Shown in pieces: positions 61,724 through 64,000 of a stretch of 64,000 nucleotides of DNA; within the stretch, counting starts at the first letter, position 1; each line of letters starts with the position of its first letter. This DNA comes from Patescibacteria group bacterium (GTDB lineage: Bacteria > Patescibacteriota > Patescibacteriia > UBA9570 > JAHJKD01): positions 74,322 to 138,321 of the forward strand of contig JAZDOC010000019.1 of NCBI GenBank assembly GCA_043798935.1, written 5' to 3'. The position numbers and the translations under genes were made by a program. The notes under the pieces were generated by a model. That model searched no databases, was not told the origin of the DNA, and worked only from the letters and a program-made list of their open reading frames with translations.

Positions 61724-63484
61724 TTATTCTAATACAGCTTTTATTCTTCGCACTCCAGATGATGAAGATTCTTCTTTTTTAATAACAAAATGTCCTAATT
61801 CACTTGTGTTTAATACATGTGGCCCACCACAAATTTCTTTAGAAAAATTACCAACTTCATAAACTTTAACCCGATTTCCATATTTGCTAGTAAATAAACC
61901 AATTGCACCATGTGATTTAGCGTTATCGACGCTCATTTCCTTACAATTAATGGATAAATTTCTATTAATTGTTTCATTTACTAAATCTTCGACTTGTTTA
62001 ATTTGTTCGGGCGTTAATTTACTCGGATGAGTAAAATCGAACCTCAAGCGCTGATCATTAATATTGCTACCTTTTTGCTGAACATGATCTCCGAGTATGC
62101 GTCGTAATGATGAATGTAGAATATGAGTGGTGGTATGATATTTTTTACTCATTTCGCTGGCATCGGCTAAACCACCGGCAAATTTGCCCTTACTGGCTTC
62201 TTGTGATTTTTTTTGATGATCATTTAATCTTTCGCAGAATCCGCTTTCATCGACTTTTAAATCTTGTTTTAAGGCTTCTTCTTTAGTCATTTCAATGGGA
62301 AAACCGTATGATTGATATAAATCAAAAGCCGCTTTACACGAAAAAATTCCATTTCTAACCTCTGTTTGCAAATATTCATTAAATTTTCTTAAACCATTAT
62401 TTAAGGTTTTTCTGAACTTTTCTTCTTCTTGGGTTAATTCCATAACAATTTCCGATCTCTTTAAATCTAATTCTTCATAAACATCTTTATATTCATCAAT
62501 AATTACTTTTGCAACGTCACCACAAAAATCATTTTCAATGCCAAGTTTTTTACCTTCTCTTATGGCCCGGCGAATTAAGCGCCTTAATATATAGCCCTGA
62601 TCCATGTTTGAGGGCGATATACCATCCATCATTATAAATGTGGCGGCTCGTAGATGATCGGCGATGATTTCCATGGAAGTATCATTTTGAGCTTGCGCCA
62701 GCTCTTTAATTTTATTCATGATGGGTAAAAACAAATCTGTTTCATAAGCTTCTTGCTTGCCGTTCATGACTGCCGTAATTCGCTCTAACCCCATACCGGT
62801 ATCAACATTTTTTTGATCTAATTTAGTAAAAGCACCATCTACCTGTTTATTAAATTCCATAAACACATTATTCCAAATTTCAACATATTTACCACATCCA
62901 CAAGACGGATTACACTCGGGGCCGCAAGCTAATAAACCAGTATCATAAAAAATTTCCGTATCTGGTCCGCAGGGTCCGGTTTTTCCAGCTGGTCCCCACC
63001 AATTTTCTTTTTTTCCAAAATAATAAATCCTCTCTTCAGGGATTCCCATGATATCGCGCCAAATATGATATGTCTCTTCGTCTTTTAAAACAGTCTCATC
63101 GCCGACAAAAACTGTGACGCTAATTTTATCTTTTTCCAGTGCTAACCATTTACTATCGGTTAAAAATTCCCAACTCCAAGTAATGGATTCTTTTTTAAAA
63201 TAATCGCCCAATGACCAATTTCCCAGCATTTCAAAAAAAGTTAAATGCCACCTATCGCCAACATCATCAATATCGCCAGTACGAATGCATTTTTGACAAC
63301 TTGTTAAACGTTTTCCGTCTGGGTGTGACTCGCCCATTAAAAATGGAACTAATGGGTGCATGCCAGCCGTGGTAAATAAAACCGTGGGATCATTTTCCGG
63401 AATCAATGAAGCTGAAGGGATAATGGCGTGCCCCTTAGATTTAAAAAATTCTAAATATTTTTTTCTGATTTCTTTTGATGTCAT
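61724..63484 (-). CDS. alaS: Alanine--tRNA ligase, compact form without C-Ala domain
   Basis: LFTTAGM, FFEMLGNWS, EIWNNVF, DTGMGLER, HTTTH, CGGPH, GVRRI; start at MTSK (63484). Confidence 0.96.
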   Translation of the reverse strand: MTSKEIRKKYLEFFKSKGHAIIPSASLIPENDPTVLFTTAGMHPLVPFLMGESHPDGKRLTSCQKCIRTGDIDDVGDRWHLTFFEMLGNWSLGDYFKKESITWSWEFLTDSKWLALEKDKISVTVFVGDETVLKDEETYHIWRDIMGIPEERIYYFGKKENWWGPAGKTGPCGPDTEIFYDTGLLACGPECNPSCGCGKYVEIWNNVFMEFNKQVDGAFTKLDQKNVDTGMGLERITAVMNGKQEAYETDLFLPIMNKIKELAQAQNDTSMEIIADHLRAATFIMMDGISPSNMDQGYILRRLIRRAIREGKKLGIENDFCGDVAKVIIDEYKDVYEELDLKRSEIVMELTQEEEKFRKTLNNGLRKFNEYLQTEVRNGIFSCKAAFDLYQSYGFPIEMTKEEALKQDLKVDESGFCERLNDHQKKSQEASKGKFAGGLADASEMSKKYHTTTHILHSSLRRILGDHVQQKGSNINDQRLRFDFTHPSKLTPEQIKQVEDLVNETINRNLSINCKEMSVDNAKSHGAIGLFTSKYGNRVKVYEVGNFSKEICGGPHVLNTSELGHFVIKKEESSSSGVRRIKAVLE

Positions 63485-63535
63485 AAATATTTTTATTTCC
63501 CCCAATTCATTGGGGGTCAAAAAATTAATTATATT

Positions 63536-64000
63536 TTAGACTTTGATTCTATTCAACATTTGAAATTTCTTGCTTATTATCCCCCCGCCTAATAATTCTC
63601 GTCTTTTATAAAATACAATTGACTGTCCTGGAGTAACTGCTCGTTGTGGTTTAGAGAATTTAACTTTGTTATTTTCAATAATTACGTTTTGATCTTTTTG
63701 ACCGTACCTGCATTTTGCTTTACATTTTAATGGAAAATTAGATTCGTGTCCAGATATCCAATTAATCTTTTTAATCACTATTTCCTGAGAATGTAATACT
63801 TTGTCGTCTTTAATGTTTGTGACAAATAAAATATTTTTATTATGGTCTTTTTTGCAAACATAATATGGACCCTTTCCACCAACGCCGATTCCACTTCTTT
63901 GGCCATATGTATAAACTGCTAATCCCTGATGCTTGCCTAATATTTTCTGGTTATTAATGTCAATAATATTTCCTGGTTTGAAAGTATTATGCGTAATATA
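63536..64000 (-). CDS. mnmA: tRNA 2-thiouridylase MnmA, 3' part
   Basis: HQGLAVYTYGQRSGIG and QRAVTPGQSIVFY...LLGGGII; frame open from the window edge. Confidence 0.92.
   Translation of the reverse strand, partial: YITHNTFKPGNIIDINNQKILGKHQGLAVYTYGQRSGIGVGGKGPYYVCKKDHNKNILFVTNIKDDKVLHSQEIVIKKINWISGHESNFPLKCKAKCRYGQKDQNVIIENNKVKFSKPQRAVTPGQSIVFYKRRELLGGGIISKKFQMLNRIKV

Noticed and set aside
4451-61862. Many short antisense or alternate-frame ORFs in the track (e.g. 7110-7421, 20435-20815, 43460-43852, 54647-55222, 61428-61862)
   Set aside because: They overlap well-supported genes and show no motifs; shadow ORFs
1-64000. CRISPR arrays, tRNA/rRNA genes, IS elements, introns, alternative genetic code
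   Set aside because: Intergenic gaps are all short, with no spaced direct repeats, cloverleafs or transposases seen; genes end cleanly at TGA (e.g. 14454, 17705, 23286)

Overview
AT-rich bacterial chromosome segment, densely coding and mostly housekeeping genes. Several traits point to Patescibacteria (CPR), probably a Parcubacteria/ABY1-type lineage (inference): short rplM, short alaS, RpoA without a C-terminal domain, a DUF4012/glycosyltransferase cluster, two mreB copies, DUF3048 proteins and few Shine-Dalgarno motifs. TGA is used as a stop codon, so the code is table 11. The window holds dnaE, rodA, rplY, two tandem DUF3048 genes, an S8 protease, corA, an AmmeMemoRadiSam cluster running into priA-def-fmt, gltX, an M23 peptidase, iscU, an ftsQ-like gene, ddl-alr, serS, lysS, greA, mreBCD-pbp2, proS, rseP, frr, holB, a surface-glycan locus, the infA-rpmJ-alpha operon-rplM-rpsI block, alaS and part of mnmA. 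I saw no rRNA, tRNA, CRISPR array or transposase. The main oddities are: (1) LysRS fused in frame to an HD hydrolase domain; (2) a secreted repeat protein inside the AmmeMemoRadiSam operon, split by one extra A in an A9 run; (3) a symmetric 11-6-11 dif-like site beside an 18-bp perfect inverted repeat; (4) RpoA lacking its alphaCTD, together with near-consensus and often leaderless promoters; (5) a PriA with degenerate helicase motifs. All family assignments come from motif recognition by eye, not from database searches.
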